Assembly: GCF_001194135.2 (NCBI RefSeq)
Contig: NC_068983.1
Coordinates: 75,860,346 to 75,899,653 of the forward strand
DNA: 39,308 nt
Direction: 5' to 3'
From: Octopus bimaculoides
Lineage: Eukaryota
Below are positions 11,020 to 23,479 of this stretch, piece by piece (the stretch's first letter is position 1; each line of letters begins with the position of its first letter). The notes under the pieces are model-generated. The model made no database searches, was not told where the DNA came from, and was given only the letters and a program-made list of their open reading frames with translations. Both the position numbers and the translations under genes were made by a program.

Positions 11020-13229
11020 AAAAGAAAAATACTTGAGTATTTATCTATGTCCACAAAGGATGATAGAATTGTGGTTTTAATTTCAAATATGTGTTGCTTT
11101 TTTTCACAACTTTTGAAACATGTTCCAAAGTCGATGACAAATTTTTAGATCTGATATAGTGCCATGATTGAGTCACTCCAAGATAATATATAAGCATATG
11201 TAAATCTGCGATTCTAGATATTATAGAGGAGACTCTGGTAAGAGCATCAACAATTGTCGTTACCAGCTATATGTCGGATGTTATGAATATAGAACAATAA
11301 TGTTCTATATTTATTTTCTGTCTAAAAATGAGTGTGATTTCTTGTTTATTAGTGTGTAATTAAAAACGTTCGTCGTTTCCAAACGTTTTCTATGACAACC
11401 ATAGCCTCCATTTCAATTCATTAGAAATATTGTTTAGGATGAGATCGTGTTCCGGAGCAGAGAACAATAAATTTATTATATTATGAAATGACATCCCAAA
11501 TTGTAGCTCCAGGAGAATCAGTTTCAACGTGTGGTGAAACTTCACATAAGATATACGAGAAAGAGGCATTAAGTATTGAAGTTTTAAGCAGATGAAAAAC
11601 ATCTAGGTGTCTGTTTTGATATTGAAAAGGATTTTGTAGGATTTGTACTAGTTCCAAACAAGGAGAGCTACTTAATGTAACTAAACAAACCTAGTAGCTT
11701 TTGTATCTTTTTAGAATTTGTAAGCAGTAAATAATCAATGAGAGGCTTCAATATTTCTATGTTTGGTTGAAGAAAATTATTTTCTGTTTTGTATCTTCAA
11801 TAACAAATAGATATTTGGAAGAAAAGACATTTGTCATTGTCCTATGTAATGTTGAAATTCTTAGTAGCTGAAATATATTTAGTCAAGTTCTCAACGTGCT
11901 TTTCAATAGGTTTTACAATGACAATAAAATTGTTGAAATAATTATGTGCTCCTTTGATATTTTCGGTAATTATGCCAGTCACTATACTTTAAAAAGCGCT
12001 TACGACATTAGTCACACCAAAGGGCAATCTTGTAAACTGGAATTAGAGTCCATCAACATGACAAAAAATACTATCTTTTATCGTTACGCTGTAGTGGACT
12101 CCGATGGTGTGACACTTACTAGTCCAAATTGCTACAGAATATATTGTGGGAAATAGAACATAAGAGATTTTCAATATTAGGAAATGATTAGGTATTCAAA
12201 AAGCAGCAGTGATTTATCAACTGTAAATAGTCAATAATGATTTATCAACAGTGAACAGAGCGCTGATTGCCAGTTACCACTACCGCTTACGTTCGTAATA
12301 GAGAGACTGAGGGGTCAAAAATACCATAATCAAAAATCATTTAACTTTTATTTTCTTAACAGACAACATTCCATGAAGTGAAAACAAGCAACGATATTTA
12401 GTGGCGATTGGTTTCAAATCATTAAAACGGCCGGTAATATACGAGAGGTCACCAAGATAGGAACAAGGTGAGCAGTATTAAGATATTTTTAAAGATTCTC
12501 TGACAACAGCGTTGTCAGAGTCATTGGGTAACACCGCTTAGATTAAACATTGAGGTTAAATAAACATCAGAGATGCTTTACTCGACGCAGAAACAGCAAA
12601 AGCTACCTAAAAGTATAGCAAGCTCTTCTCTTCATGTTAACAAACATTCTCACAATATTGGAAACTCTTTTGTATCTTCAGCAGGTATCTCAGAATCACA
12701 AGCGTTTCATCCCTTAGCCTGTCTATTTTGTCAGAGTGGGGTAGCGAGAACTAAATTAGGTTTCGTCTACAGAAGAGTTTCCTCTACGATGATTTGTCAA
12801 CCACAGCCATCACTAACCGGCCTCAGCTGTCGTGGCTATTTCATTGGAGGCTTCCTTCAGTTGTTTGGGTTCCAAGCCAATCTACTTCAGGAAATAGCGC
12901 AGAATGAATCTTTGTTGTTTAGTTTAGTTGAGGAAATTAGCAAAAATGCTAGGAATGTATTTACCAGCGTATTCACTGTGCTTGTATCTCAGAAAACGTT
13001 GAGTTGCGGCGGAAGATATTTTTCCATTGTTATTGTTTGTTTCCGAGTTTTAGCAGCCTCCATTGTCATAATGAGAACCACCAGTTGAGAACCATTTACT
13101 TTATTCGGTTAAATGACTCAACTTCTATATACAAATTGCAAAGAGTATACATTCGTATTTATTGTAAATGGCTGACAATTAACCTTCAACTAAAGTATAT
13201 CATAATGCATCCGGAAACAGGAAGTAACA
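11020..13229 (-). mobile_element. Degenerate Ty3/Gypsy LTR retrotransposon (putative 5' LTR, gag remnant, RT, RNase H, start of integrase)
   Basis: Minus strand: KPIATKYR, DYGIFDPSVS, IDY..IN..FPNIENL, DGL*FQFTRLPFGVTNVVSAF, GAHNYFNNFIV (decayed YLDD), QKLLGLFSY; RNase H VETDS..IEMEAMVVIENVWKRR; DALTRV..WHYIRSKNL..LKPQFYHP. Boundaries and LTR are less certain. Confidence 0.82.
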
Positions 13230-13249
13230 ATTAGTAGTCTCTCTCTCTT

Positions 13250-13304
<55 letters not shown>

Positions 13305-13585
13305 NNNNNNNNNNNNNNNNNNNNNNNNNNNNNNNNNNNNNNNNNNNNNNNNNNNNNNNNNNNNNNNNNNNNNNNNNNNNNNNNNNNNNNNNNNNNNNNN
13401 NNNNNNNNNNNNNNNNNNNNNNNNNNNNNNNNNNNNNNNNNNNNNNNNNNNNNNNNNNNCACACACACACACACGAGCGCGAACGCACACACAAAAGTAT
13501 CTGTAACCGATACGCACACGCGAACATATTTTAACGTAGGAGTTTAAGAGTTGTGACATATATCAAAAATATATTTTACGTATAC

Positions 13586-13896
13586 TTTTATTCATTTACT
13601 TGTTTCTCTCATTTGACTGCAGCCATGCTGGAGCGCCACCTTGAAAGATTTTAGTCGGACAGATTGACCCTGGGACATATTTTTTTAAGGTTAGTACTTA
13701 TTCTACCGGTCTGTTTTGCTGAACCGCTAAGTTACGGAGACGTAAACACACCAACACTAGTTATCAAGCGGTGGTGGGGGAATCAAACAGACACACGGAC
13801 ACGCATATATAGATACACACACACATGTACGATGGGCTTCTTTCAGTTTCCGTGTACTAAATCCACTCACAAGGCTTTGGTCAGCTCAAGGCTATA
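13586..13896 (-). mobile_element. SINE family B lacking its 5' head; abuts a mariner fragment
   Basis: Similar to 8125-8400; ends at CTATA where mariner sequence begins. Confidence 0.8.
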
Positions 13897-14570
13897 TGAG
13901 AAAATAGTTGTACCGTCTGAAGCCACCTTTATGCCAGTTCTTTGATTTCACACCGATACCAGTTCTTCTCTTTCAAGGCGAAGAACTCCTTAACTGAAGC
14001 TTCCACCTCCTCTTGGTTGATGAAGCATCGCGAGTGCAGGAAGTGAGCCATAGATCGGAACAAGTAATAATCCAAAGGAGCTAGGTCCGAACTAAAAGCC
14101 GGGGTGGCATCAGTTCGATTCATTCAAGTTCCTGGAGTTCATTCCAGGTCTTTCGAACGGCATGAGGTCTTGCATTTGTTTGCTGCAGAAGAGCTCACTT
14201 TTTGTTAACCAATGTCGGGTATTTAGTTGCAGACTGGCATAAATCCGTGAGATGCCAAGCTCGCCTAATACTCTCCGGATACGACTCACCGGATTTGCTT
14301 TATCCTATCTTAGAGGTTCTTGGAACCTGAGCGAAATTTCTTGAGCTATCTGGTTACTGAACTGCGATCAACTGCGCCTTCATTTTTCGCGCAACACATG
14401 TCTTTGGTTGCTTCCGCAGTGTTATGGCCCAATTCAAACTCGTAAGGCATAAGATCCTGAATTAGATTACGCTGAACGTTCATCTGTGCGGCTTTCAAAT
14501 CGTATACTGAGTGAAAGAATGCACAACATGTCAGTGCACTAACTACTACGATACTACCAACCTCAGCGGG
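13897..14570 (-). mobile_element. Internally deleted mariner transposase pseudogene
   Basis: N-terminal YEFELGHNTAEATK..KNEGAVDRSSVTR*LKKFRSG; C-terminal PAFSSDLAPLDYYLFRSMAHFL (YSPDLAPSD motif). Confidence 0.9.
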
Positions 14571-15864
14571 TACCTTCCACAGTTTGAACTGCTTCAGTCA
14601 CATAATATATACGTCGCAAACTAGCATGCATGCAAATATTGTAAAATTCGCCTCCATATATCAAATTAACTTTTAACATTATCATTTTGTCTTCTAAAAG
14701 TTTACACAAATAACTTAGATTAATACTTAAATACTTGCACTCATACGGATGCACATAAAACTGGCATTTAACATACAAGCATTAGTGTTTAATTATTACG
14801 CATTACTGATTAATTTGAATTTAAATACATCTAATTTTAACTAATTTGATTTTTATTTTAGCACATGATGCATCATAGTCTTAATTTAGATTTAATTCTA
14901 ATTCATAGACTATAATAAGTTTGTATATATACTTTTTTGAGATCATTTTAAGCTGATAATTTTTTTAATTGAAACCACTGTTTGATTATATTATTCATTT
15001 ACTATGTTAATTTTTCCTTTTCTTTCCTGATATAACCGATATACATATAAGCATACAATAAATAACAGTCACTATTATACAAACACACATACATATACAT
15101 ACACAAAATAACACAAAATACTTTTCCATCTTCCTTTTATTACCTACATTATGTCAATTTAAATATTTTTCATTTGACCACTCTTTGATCACTTTTGATT
15201 TGCTTGACCACTCTTACCTTTAATATTATATTTAGCCTTTTACTTCTATAGAAATAACATCCTTGCATTAATATTTCTTACTTGATACACACTGACCCCT
15301 ATCTTTACCTCTTTGTTTTTTGTTCTGTTTCCATTTGTCTTTACGAAGTCATCCTCAATTAACAACGTTTAAAATTCTTTATCAGACTTTAAACTCATCC
15401 ATCAGAATTTCGTTCTGAGAATTTTAACTACAACTGCAGTTTTTCCCCCTCAGCATCGTTTCCTAATAACGAAGCTTTCCTTATATCAACACGAAGAACA
15501 TATTTTTCATTACTGTTTGGATAAACCGCAATGTGAAACTTGAAGTATTACGTAAAACAAATTTTAAAACAAATTTGACACTACTCTTAGTATTGAGTTT
15601 CATTTTCATTAAATATTCGGTTCTTGTCTTTTACAAATAACTTTAACACAATAACTGTAATAAAACACACACGCGCATATCGAAACGCCGGTGTTAAAAC
15701 GGAGGTAGCTGATAAAGTAGAATGTTGTCTATGTGGCTTGTGTGTTTTCCCGTCTACGTTTTGTTTGCAATGTCCTGTACCCAGATACGCACCTATACAT
15801 ACAGGTGGATGTCGGTACGCACATACCTGTACGTATATATGCATATACTCATTTACTAAGTCAA

Positions 15865-17625
15865 CAATGTTCCTAAATGGTCTTCCTCGGTCTCGGGTGG
15901 ACGGCCCACCTGCCCCACCGTCTCCCATCTCCCGTTTCCATTCACCTATCACCTCACCACCCTACCTCTCCAACGGACCATTCTCCGAGCCTTCCGGTGA
16001 CTCCAGTCTAACCCGTTCACTTCGCACATCTTCCCTAACCGACCCCTTCCCTCCTTCAAACGAGCCCACAACCTACGAGACCTCTTGGTCCACAGCTTCT
16101 TCCCTAACTAAACCTTCCAACCCGGCTCGTTACCCTGCTCCCACCCATGCTGCCGCACTTGCCCTTACCTCTCCAACACCACCCTCCTCACAGGCACCCA
16201 TCATCGACCCTATCATATCACCGACTCCTTCACCTGCACTTCCACCAATGTCATCTCCTGCTCTCTCTGCCTTTCTCTATACATCGGGAAAACGGGACGT
16301 CGCTTTGCTGACCGGTTCGTGGAACACCTTCGAGACATCCGACTTGGCAATGATACCCCGGTCTCGCACCATTTCCGCTCTACCGGTCACTCTTTACAAC
16401 ACCTGTTTGTGTTCGGATTGTCCTTGCACAGGGGCCATTCGTACTCCCGTCTTCGCCGTGAACAATGATTAATCTTTTCTCTTCGTTCCTTTGCACCACA
16501 TGAGCTCAACACTCCTCCCCTCTTCATCTAACCTCCCCTCTTCATCTAACCTCCCCTCTTGCCTCTCTTCCTCTCACACCTACTTCCTCCCATCCACCCC
16601 ACCTCTCTTCTCTTGCTCCGACTTCTACTTCTCTTCACTCCTACTTCTCTTCACTCCTACTTCTCTTCACTCCTACTTCTCTTCACTCCTACTTCTCTTC
16701 ACTCCTACTTCTCTTCACTCCNNNNNNNNNNNNNNNNNNNNNNNNNNNNNNNNNNNNTCTCACACCTACTTCCTCCCATCCACCCCACCTCTCTTCTCTT
16801 GCTCCGACTCCTACTTCTCTTCACTCCTACTTCTCTTCACCCCTACTCTCCTTCTCTCTTCTCTTCACTCCTGCCCACCTTCTCCCTTCCCCCTCTCCCT
16901 TCATCGTCACCCCTCCCTCGTAACCCCACCACTACACAGTCCAACCCCACCACTACACAGTCCAACCCCACCTTCCTTATCCATCTCATCCCATCCCACC
17001 CACATACCCCACCTCTACCTCCACCCTCAGCCTAACCTACACCCCACACCCTACACTTGCTTTCCCCACTCTCACCTCCTCCACATCCCGACACTACATC
17101 CCCCTACACCACACCACACACCACACACCACACACCACACCACACCACACACCACCACACCACACCACACACCTCACACCATACACCACCATACTACACA
17201 ACACATCACATCACACTACCACGCACACACTAGCACTGACCACTTCCCAGCCCCACACCATCATCCATACAGCTAAACATGCACACATGCACACGTCAAG
17301 GTCACCATCCTCTTCCACACGCACATACATGCTCTCTTATACACACGCACGCGCACCTTGGTTTTAGGATCACCACTACTTTATTATCCTCCCTTCTTCC
17401 TAGCTCTCCTGTGTTACCCCTCAGTCCGGCATTCACTATGATAGATCGCTAGCAACTACACATCCTTTATTTTCTCTCCTTGTTTCTTCCTGTGTTCCTT
17501 TCTGTGGAAGAGCGTAGGCTCGAAACGTTAAATACTTTTTCACTTCCCGAGCGTTAAACTAATACAGCTGTTTGTTGTCTACACCACCTGTCTTCGTCTT
17601 TTGTTTTTTTTGTGAATTCTCCCCC
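15865..17625 (+). mobile_element. Neptune-type PLE copy C: linker plus GIY-YIG, long low-complexity 3' UTR and hammerhead-like motif
   Basis: True frame (not the listed 282-aa ORF) reads FKRAHNLRDLLVHS..PCSHPCCRTCPYL..FTCTSTNVI..C..C..LYIGKTGRRFADRFVEH..VSHHFRSTGHSL..LNTPPLFI*. Confidence 0.92.
17498..17533 (+). ncRNA. Minimal type I hammerhead-like motif (degenerate core) in the PLE 3' region
   Basis: CTTT-CTGTGGA-A-GAGC(GTAG)GCTC-GAAA-CGT-T-AAAT; palindromic ACGT helix III. Confidence 0.6.
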
Positions 17626-17874
17626 CCCCCCNNNNNNNNNNNNNNNNNNNNNNNNNNNNNNNNNNNNNNNNNNNNNNNNNNNNNNNNNNNNNNNNNNNNN
17701 NNNTATATATATATATATATATATATATGTTGAACGTCTATTAAAATATTTCCTATATCTATAACCATTTGGGAGATGATCACCAGTTAACGCTAGGAAT
17801 TTTTTTACCTACGTTAGTCTTAACATTCAAAGAGAAATATAATACACACACACACACACACACACATACATACA

Positions 17875-17934
<60 letters not shown>

Positions 17935-18029
17935 GTCTATCTATCTATCTATCGATCTATCTCTCCTTTTATACGTTTCAGCCCAAAGGCTGGGGCACCA
18001 CCTGTGTAATCAGCTTTTCGATGGCCAAT

Positions 18030-18660
18030 TTTATGTGATTGGCTTTTGAAGGAGGTAGTTCAACACTGCTGCTCTCTTTTTACCTTGATATTGGTTCATC
18101 TGGGACGTTGGATAGCAATAGGTCAAGTTGGTTCTTGAAAACATCCACCCCCATTCGATGATGATCCCTCAGATGTTTTGGCAAGGCGTTAAATAGATAT
18201 TGGCCCTTGAATTCCAAGCTATTGTAGTACATGATCCTCACTCCAGATGGGATAGCTGAGACCTTTGAAACAGTGCAGTGATGTCCAGGTCGGGGTCTGG
18301 TATTGTTCTCTATTTCCTAAGTTTAGTGTCAGCCTCTCCAATAGCTTCCATACATATATCACGTCACATCTCCGTCTTTAAGTGAGTAGATTCGTAGCTC
18401 TTTCAGTGTCTCTCAGTAGCCCAGCTGTTCTATTGATGCAATCTTCCTTCTACACTACTTCAAGGTCCACTATTAATCTGACACTGTAGAGTCTATAGGA
18501 CCAGCATAGTTTCCTGGTCCCTCGTTCTGATGGTTCTCAGAATCCATCCGGCCATTCGCTTGCACACTGTCACCCTCCTGGTGATATGCATGTTAAACGA
18601 GGCATCGTTGCTCATATCAATCCCGAGATTACGCATCGTATGCGATTCTGGTATAATTAT
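18030..18660 (-). mobile_element. CR1/L2-group LINE, 3' end of ORF2
   Basis: RNLGIDMSNDASFNMHI..KRMAGWILRTIRTRD; Y*ETLKELRIYSLKRRR..IYVWKLLE. Confidence 0.8.
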
Positions 18661-18744
18661 TACATTGTACATATATACAAGCATCCATTCATCCATCCAT
18701 CCATCCATCCATCCATCCATCCATCCATACATGCATACACATAC

Positions 18745-18801
<57 letters not shown>

Positions 18802-18819
18802 CATCTATCTATCTATCTA

Positions 18820-18868
<49 letters not shown>

Positions 18869-18874
18869 TTATCT

Positions 18875-19276
18875 ATAATTGAATAAGTTGGAGTCAACAA
18901 GAGGAACATTTATTTGTAATCACTACAATTGTTTCTAAGAAGCGTAGTTTTCTAGGTTCGCTGGTATTTGGTTATGTAACCGTTTCCTTGCAACACATAT
19001 TTTGATACACTGAGTAGTTACTACTACCTCGCAAGCCACGACAAATAGAAAGGATACCCTCGAAGATGAGAATTTGAGTTTACACAACACAGAAACAATA
19101 TTTATATATCACCCGAGGAAACACAACAAGATCTTACAATGCAGAAAAACGGTTACATAACCAAATACTTGCGAACGTGCGAACCTGGAGAACTACGTTG
19201 CGTGGAAATAGTTGTAGTGATCACAAATAAATGTTCCTCTGTATTCTCTCTTGTTAACTCCAACTTATTCAGTTAT
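18875..19276. mobile_element. ~400-bp foldback/MITE-like element with ~118-bp imperfect terminal inverted repeats
   Basis: Left arm 18875-18992 matches the reverse complement of 19140-19276 with two small indels. Confidence 0.75.
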
Positions 19277-19407
19277 CCCTTCACACACTACAGAAGTCCC
19301 AACGCAAATTTAGTTGTATGTATAATACTACTTTTAGATGGTGCCGGGTGATATCTGAAGTGGACAAGCTTTATATTGTACTCTACTACGTTCTTGACTG
19401 AATATAG

Positions 19408-19446
<39 letters not shown>

Positions 19447-20281
19447 GCACACTCCCTCACACACGCATGCTTAAACACACCTACACACATTTAATAACCT
19501 TTCAAAACAATTGTGAGAGAACCTATTTTCTACAACTGGATAACATGACAACTGATAAAATAATGATTAAAACAAAACTAACATCTTGAATTGTCATTAA
19601 CTTCAACCATCCCAGATAAAGAACCTTTCTACAGCTGGGTAGCGTGACAACTGACCAAAAGGATGCAATGCAATTTAAAATGTTCAAGAAAAAGACTTTT
19701 CTTTCTTTTTCTTTTTTCTTTCAGTCCTTCCTTCTTTTTCTTGTCCTTTCTTCCTGCCTTTCCTTTTTTCTTCCTGCCTTTCCTTTTTTCTTCCTCTAAT
19801 CAAGCCTCCCAAAATTTATCACACACGCACTTATACACATGTATACACAAACAAAAGTTCAAAATAACAAAGAAGAGTCTCTTCCCACTTCAATTCCAGT
19901 TTTTTCGACTAACTCACACACACACACACGCACACNNNNNNNNNNNNNNNNNNNNNNNNNNNNNNNNNNNNNNNNNNNNNNNNNNNNNNNNNNNNNNNNN
20001 NNNNNNNNNNNNNNNNNNNNNNNNNNNNNNNNNNNNNNNNNNNNNNNNNNNNNNNNNNNNNNNNNNNNNNNNNNNNNNNNNNNNNNNNNNNNNNNNNNNN
20101 NNNNNNNNNNNNCACACACACACGTATATATACAAAAAAATCAAATTTTCTGCAAGAAATTCATTCCTGATTAATCTCTGAAACGAAATGAAAGTGCTAT
20201 ATAAATAATTACCCCAAATACTGACTTTATCCCCTTTTTCTTAATACATAAAATTTTGTGCACCACTTCAAAAAACAATTT

Positions 20282-20334
<53 letters not shown>

Positions 20335-21003
20335 TTAATGAGATGAGCATATGACAAGAACTTTTAACTATCTGAAAAGTAGAATCATTGTTATGGGCGA
20401 GAGACATTTTTCACAATCTACTGGATATGAACATCGAAAAAGACTTCCAGTTTCATTTACATGTGTGCTATATGCCTGAACGTGTCTCTACGTGTATGCA
20501 TACGATAATGTGTACATGTACATATATAATACGTTATATAGATATGTATGTATATGTGTGTGTGTGTGTGTGTGCAGGTGGGTATATCTATCTAAATATA
20601 TCGTGCATATGTAGTATGTGTACATATGTATATGTATGTATATGTGTGTGTATACATGACAGCCACACATACAAACACACACACCCACAAACATATATGA
20701 TGTTTTATCTGTGTAACCCATATATCTGCACACTTTATTTGTGTACATGCAAATGCATACGTATACATTCGAGTAAATAGACATGCCTCTCCCAAACATT
20801 CAATTCATAGATAAGTAGCCTTTCTGTACACACACATGCACACACATACGCACACTCATATATCTATATGTACTCATACACACACACACACACACGCACA
20901 TACACCTATATATATATGTCTGTATGTATGTGTGCGTTATTGTGTGTATGTATATGTGTGTGCGTGCCTATACAGGTATCTGTCTTCTGCTTTATTTCAA
21001 CAG

Positions 21004-21117
21004 GAATTTATGTCCTTATCGTGCAGACATAGCGACGCTATACACCGAATCCAAGAACACACTAAAGCGGCGGGTGAAGCAAGCAAATGGGTTTGCTAAC
21101 AGTATCGAGAAGATGAA
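21004..21117 (+). other. Candidate host exon (unidentified)
   Basis: Pyrimidine-rich acceptor TCTTCTGCTTTATTTCAACAG|G, possible donor AA|GTAGGA, 114 nt, open frame NLCPYRADIATLYTESKNTLKRRVKQANGFANSIEKM. No recognisable domain. Confidence 0.3.
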
Positions 21118-21887
21118 GTAGGATAATATCGATTTGTCATTAATCGTATCAGAAGTATTAATGATGGCAAAATGNNNNNNNNNNNNNNNNNNNNNNNNNN
21201 NNNNNNNNNNNNNNNNNNNNNNNNNNNNNNNNNNNNNNNNNNNNNNNNNNNNNNNNNNNNNNNNNNNNNNNNNNNNNNNNNNNNNNNNNNNNNNNNNNNN
21301 NNNNNNNNNNNNNNNNNNNNNNNNNNNNNNNNNNNNNNNNNNNNNNNNNNNNNNNNNNNNNNNNNNNNNNNNNNNNNNNNNNNNNNNNNNNNNNNNNNNN
21401 NNNNNNNNNNNNNNNNNNNNNNNNNNNNNNNNNNNNNNNNNNNNNNNNNNNNNNNNNNNNNNNNNNNNNNNNNNNNNNNNNNNNNNNNNNNNNNNNNNNN
21501 NNNNNNNNNNNNNNNNNNNNNNNNNNNNNNNNNNNNNNNNNNNNNNNNNNNNNNNNNNNNNNNNNNNNNNNNNNNNNNNNNNNNNNNNNNNNNNNNNNNN
21601 NNNNNNNNNNNNNNNNNNNNNNNNNNNNNNNNNNNNNNNNNNNNNNNNNNNNNNNNNNNNNNNNNNNNNNNNNNNNNNNNNNNNNNNNNNNNNNNNNNNN
21701 NNNNNNNNNNNNNNNNNNNNNNNNNNNNNNNNNNNNNNNNNNNNNNNNNNNNNNNNNNNNNNNNNNNNNNNNNNNNNNNNNNNNNNNNNNNNNNNNNNNN
21801 NNNNNNNNNNNNNNNNNNNNNNNNNNNNNNNNNNNNNNNNNNNNNNNNNNNNNNNNNNNNNNNNNNNNNNNNNNNNNNNNNNNNNNG

Positions 21888-22700
21888 TGGTTGTGGTGTT
21901 GGTAGTGGTTGTGGTGTTGTTGGTGGTTGTGGTGTTGGTGGTGGTTGTGGTGTTAGTGGTGATTGTGGTGTTGGTGGTGGTTGTGGTGTTAGTGGTGATT
22001 GTGGTGTTGGTAGTTGTTGTGGTGTTAGTGGTGGTTGTGGTGTTAGTGGTGGTTGTGGTGTTGGTGGTGGTTGTGGTGTTGGTGGTGGTTGTGGTGTTGG
22101 TGGTGGTTGTGGTGTTAGTGGTGATTGTGGTGTTGGTAGTGGTTGTGGTGTTGTTGGTGGTTGTGGTGTTGGTGGTGGTTGTGGTGAGAGGGCTGTTAGT
22201 AGCTGTACTCACAGNNNNNNNNNNNNNNNNNNNNNNNNNNNNNNNNNNNNNNNNNNNNNNNNNNNNNNNNNNNNNNNNNNNNNNNNNNNNNNNNNGTTGG
22301 TGGTTGTGGTGTTGGTGGTGGTTGTGGTGTTGTTGGTGGTTGTGGTGTTGGTGGTGGTTGTGGTGTTGGTAGTGGTTGTGGTGTTGTTGGTGGTTGTGGT
22401 TCTTGCAGGTGTGATGTTGGTGATGGTTATGGCATTGGTGGTGGATATGGTTGGTGGTAGTTGTGTTGATGGTAGTAGTAGTGTTGCTAGGCATGCTGGC
22501 AGTTGTGATGTTGATGGCATTTGTGGTGTTCTGGTGGTTGTGGTGTTCGTGCTTATGTTGGTGGTGTTGGTTCTTGTGCTGACGATAGTTGGAAAGTTGG
22601 TTCTGGTGTTGATAGTAGTTGTGAATGTTAATAGTAGTTGTGTTGCTGGTAGTTGTTGTATTGCTAGCGACTCTAGTGTTGGTGTCAGGTATTGTGTTGG
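21888..22700. repeat. (GTG/GTT) array with an 18-bp higher-order unit GTGGTTGTGGTGTTGGTG, decaying rightwards
   Basis: Direct reading; flanked and interrupted by N gaps. Confidence 0.9.
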
Positions 22701-22849
22701 TAGTGTTAACATTCATGATGGCTTTGGTGTTTGTGGTTTTCATATTGGTAGCTACTATTTAGCCTCAAGTAAGTCCTATTTGTGCAAACCTCTAATCAAA
22801 GATGTTCCAGCTTTGATATTCTCTTTTATTTCTATATCTAACACTAGAC

Positions 22850-23149
22850 CAGGGGTTCTCAACTATTTTGTTATCTATGGACCCATTTGATTACTATGTT
22901 ATTCTGGTGGATCCCCACAGCCATTCGATGTTTAGAAACTAGTTTTATAAAAATGTCTTTCAAAATTCCTATTTTGTTTTTCAAGAAGAAAACCTTGCAA
23001 TACATACCAATACATACATCTTTAGCAAAAAATTTTTAGGGGTCCTTAAATACTATTGTTGATCCCTAATTTACTATTTTGTTGTGTGGACCCCGTAAAA
23101 TCTTATATAGATCTTTAGGGGCCAAATGCACCCCAGTTGAGAACCATTG
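22850..23149. mobile_element. 300-bp hAT (Buster-type) MITE with perfect 8-bp TSD
   Basis: TIRs CAGGGGTTCTCAACT / AGTTGAGAACCATTG (13 of 15 match); TSD CACTAGAC at 22842-22849 and 23150-23157 (NNNTANNN pattern). Confidence 0.93.
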
Positions 23150-23479
23150 CACTAGACAGTCCAAAGTCTTCTTCGTTTTTTAAAAAAGATATTAGGGTGT
23201 GATTTGAGAGATATCGGGTGGTATTTTTTGCAGATTGAGTAACCACATAGAAGCAAATTCGTTGGGTCGTGTCTGTCGCTGTTGTTAGCACTCATGGTAA
23301 TGATGCTTATAATTGTGGTGGTAGTAGGTGGTAGTTAGCTTTGTATGAAGGCTGTGCCTGTAGCAGTGGTAGCACTAGGCACGATAGCCTTGGAGGTAGT
23401 AATAACAATAGAGATATCTGTGAGTATATTTATCATGGTGGTGTTGGCAATAATAGTAATAATGGTGGTTATAGCAGTT

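Noticed and set aside
12573-13088. 171-aa plus-strand ORF
   Set aside because: It is antisense to the Gypsy gag/protease region and has no recognisable domain.
15624-16472. 282-aa Ser/Pro/Thr-rich ORF
   Set aside because: It is an alternative frame of the C-rich PLE; the conserved GIY-YIG motifs are in a different, stop-interrupted frame.
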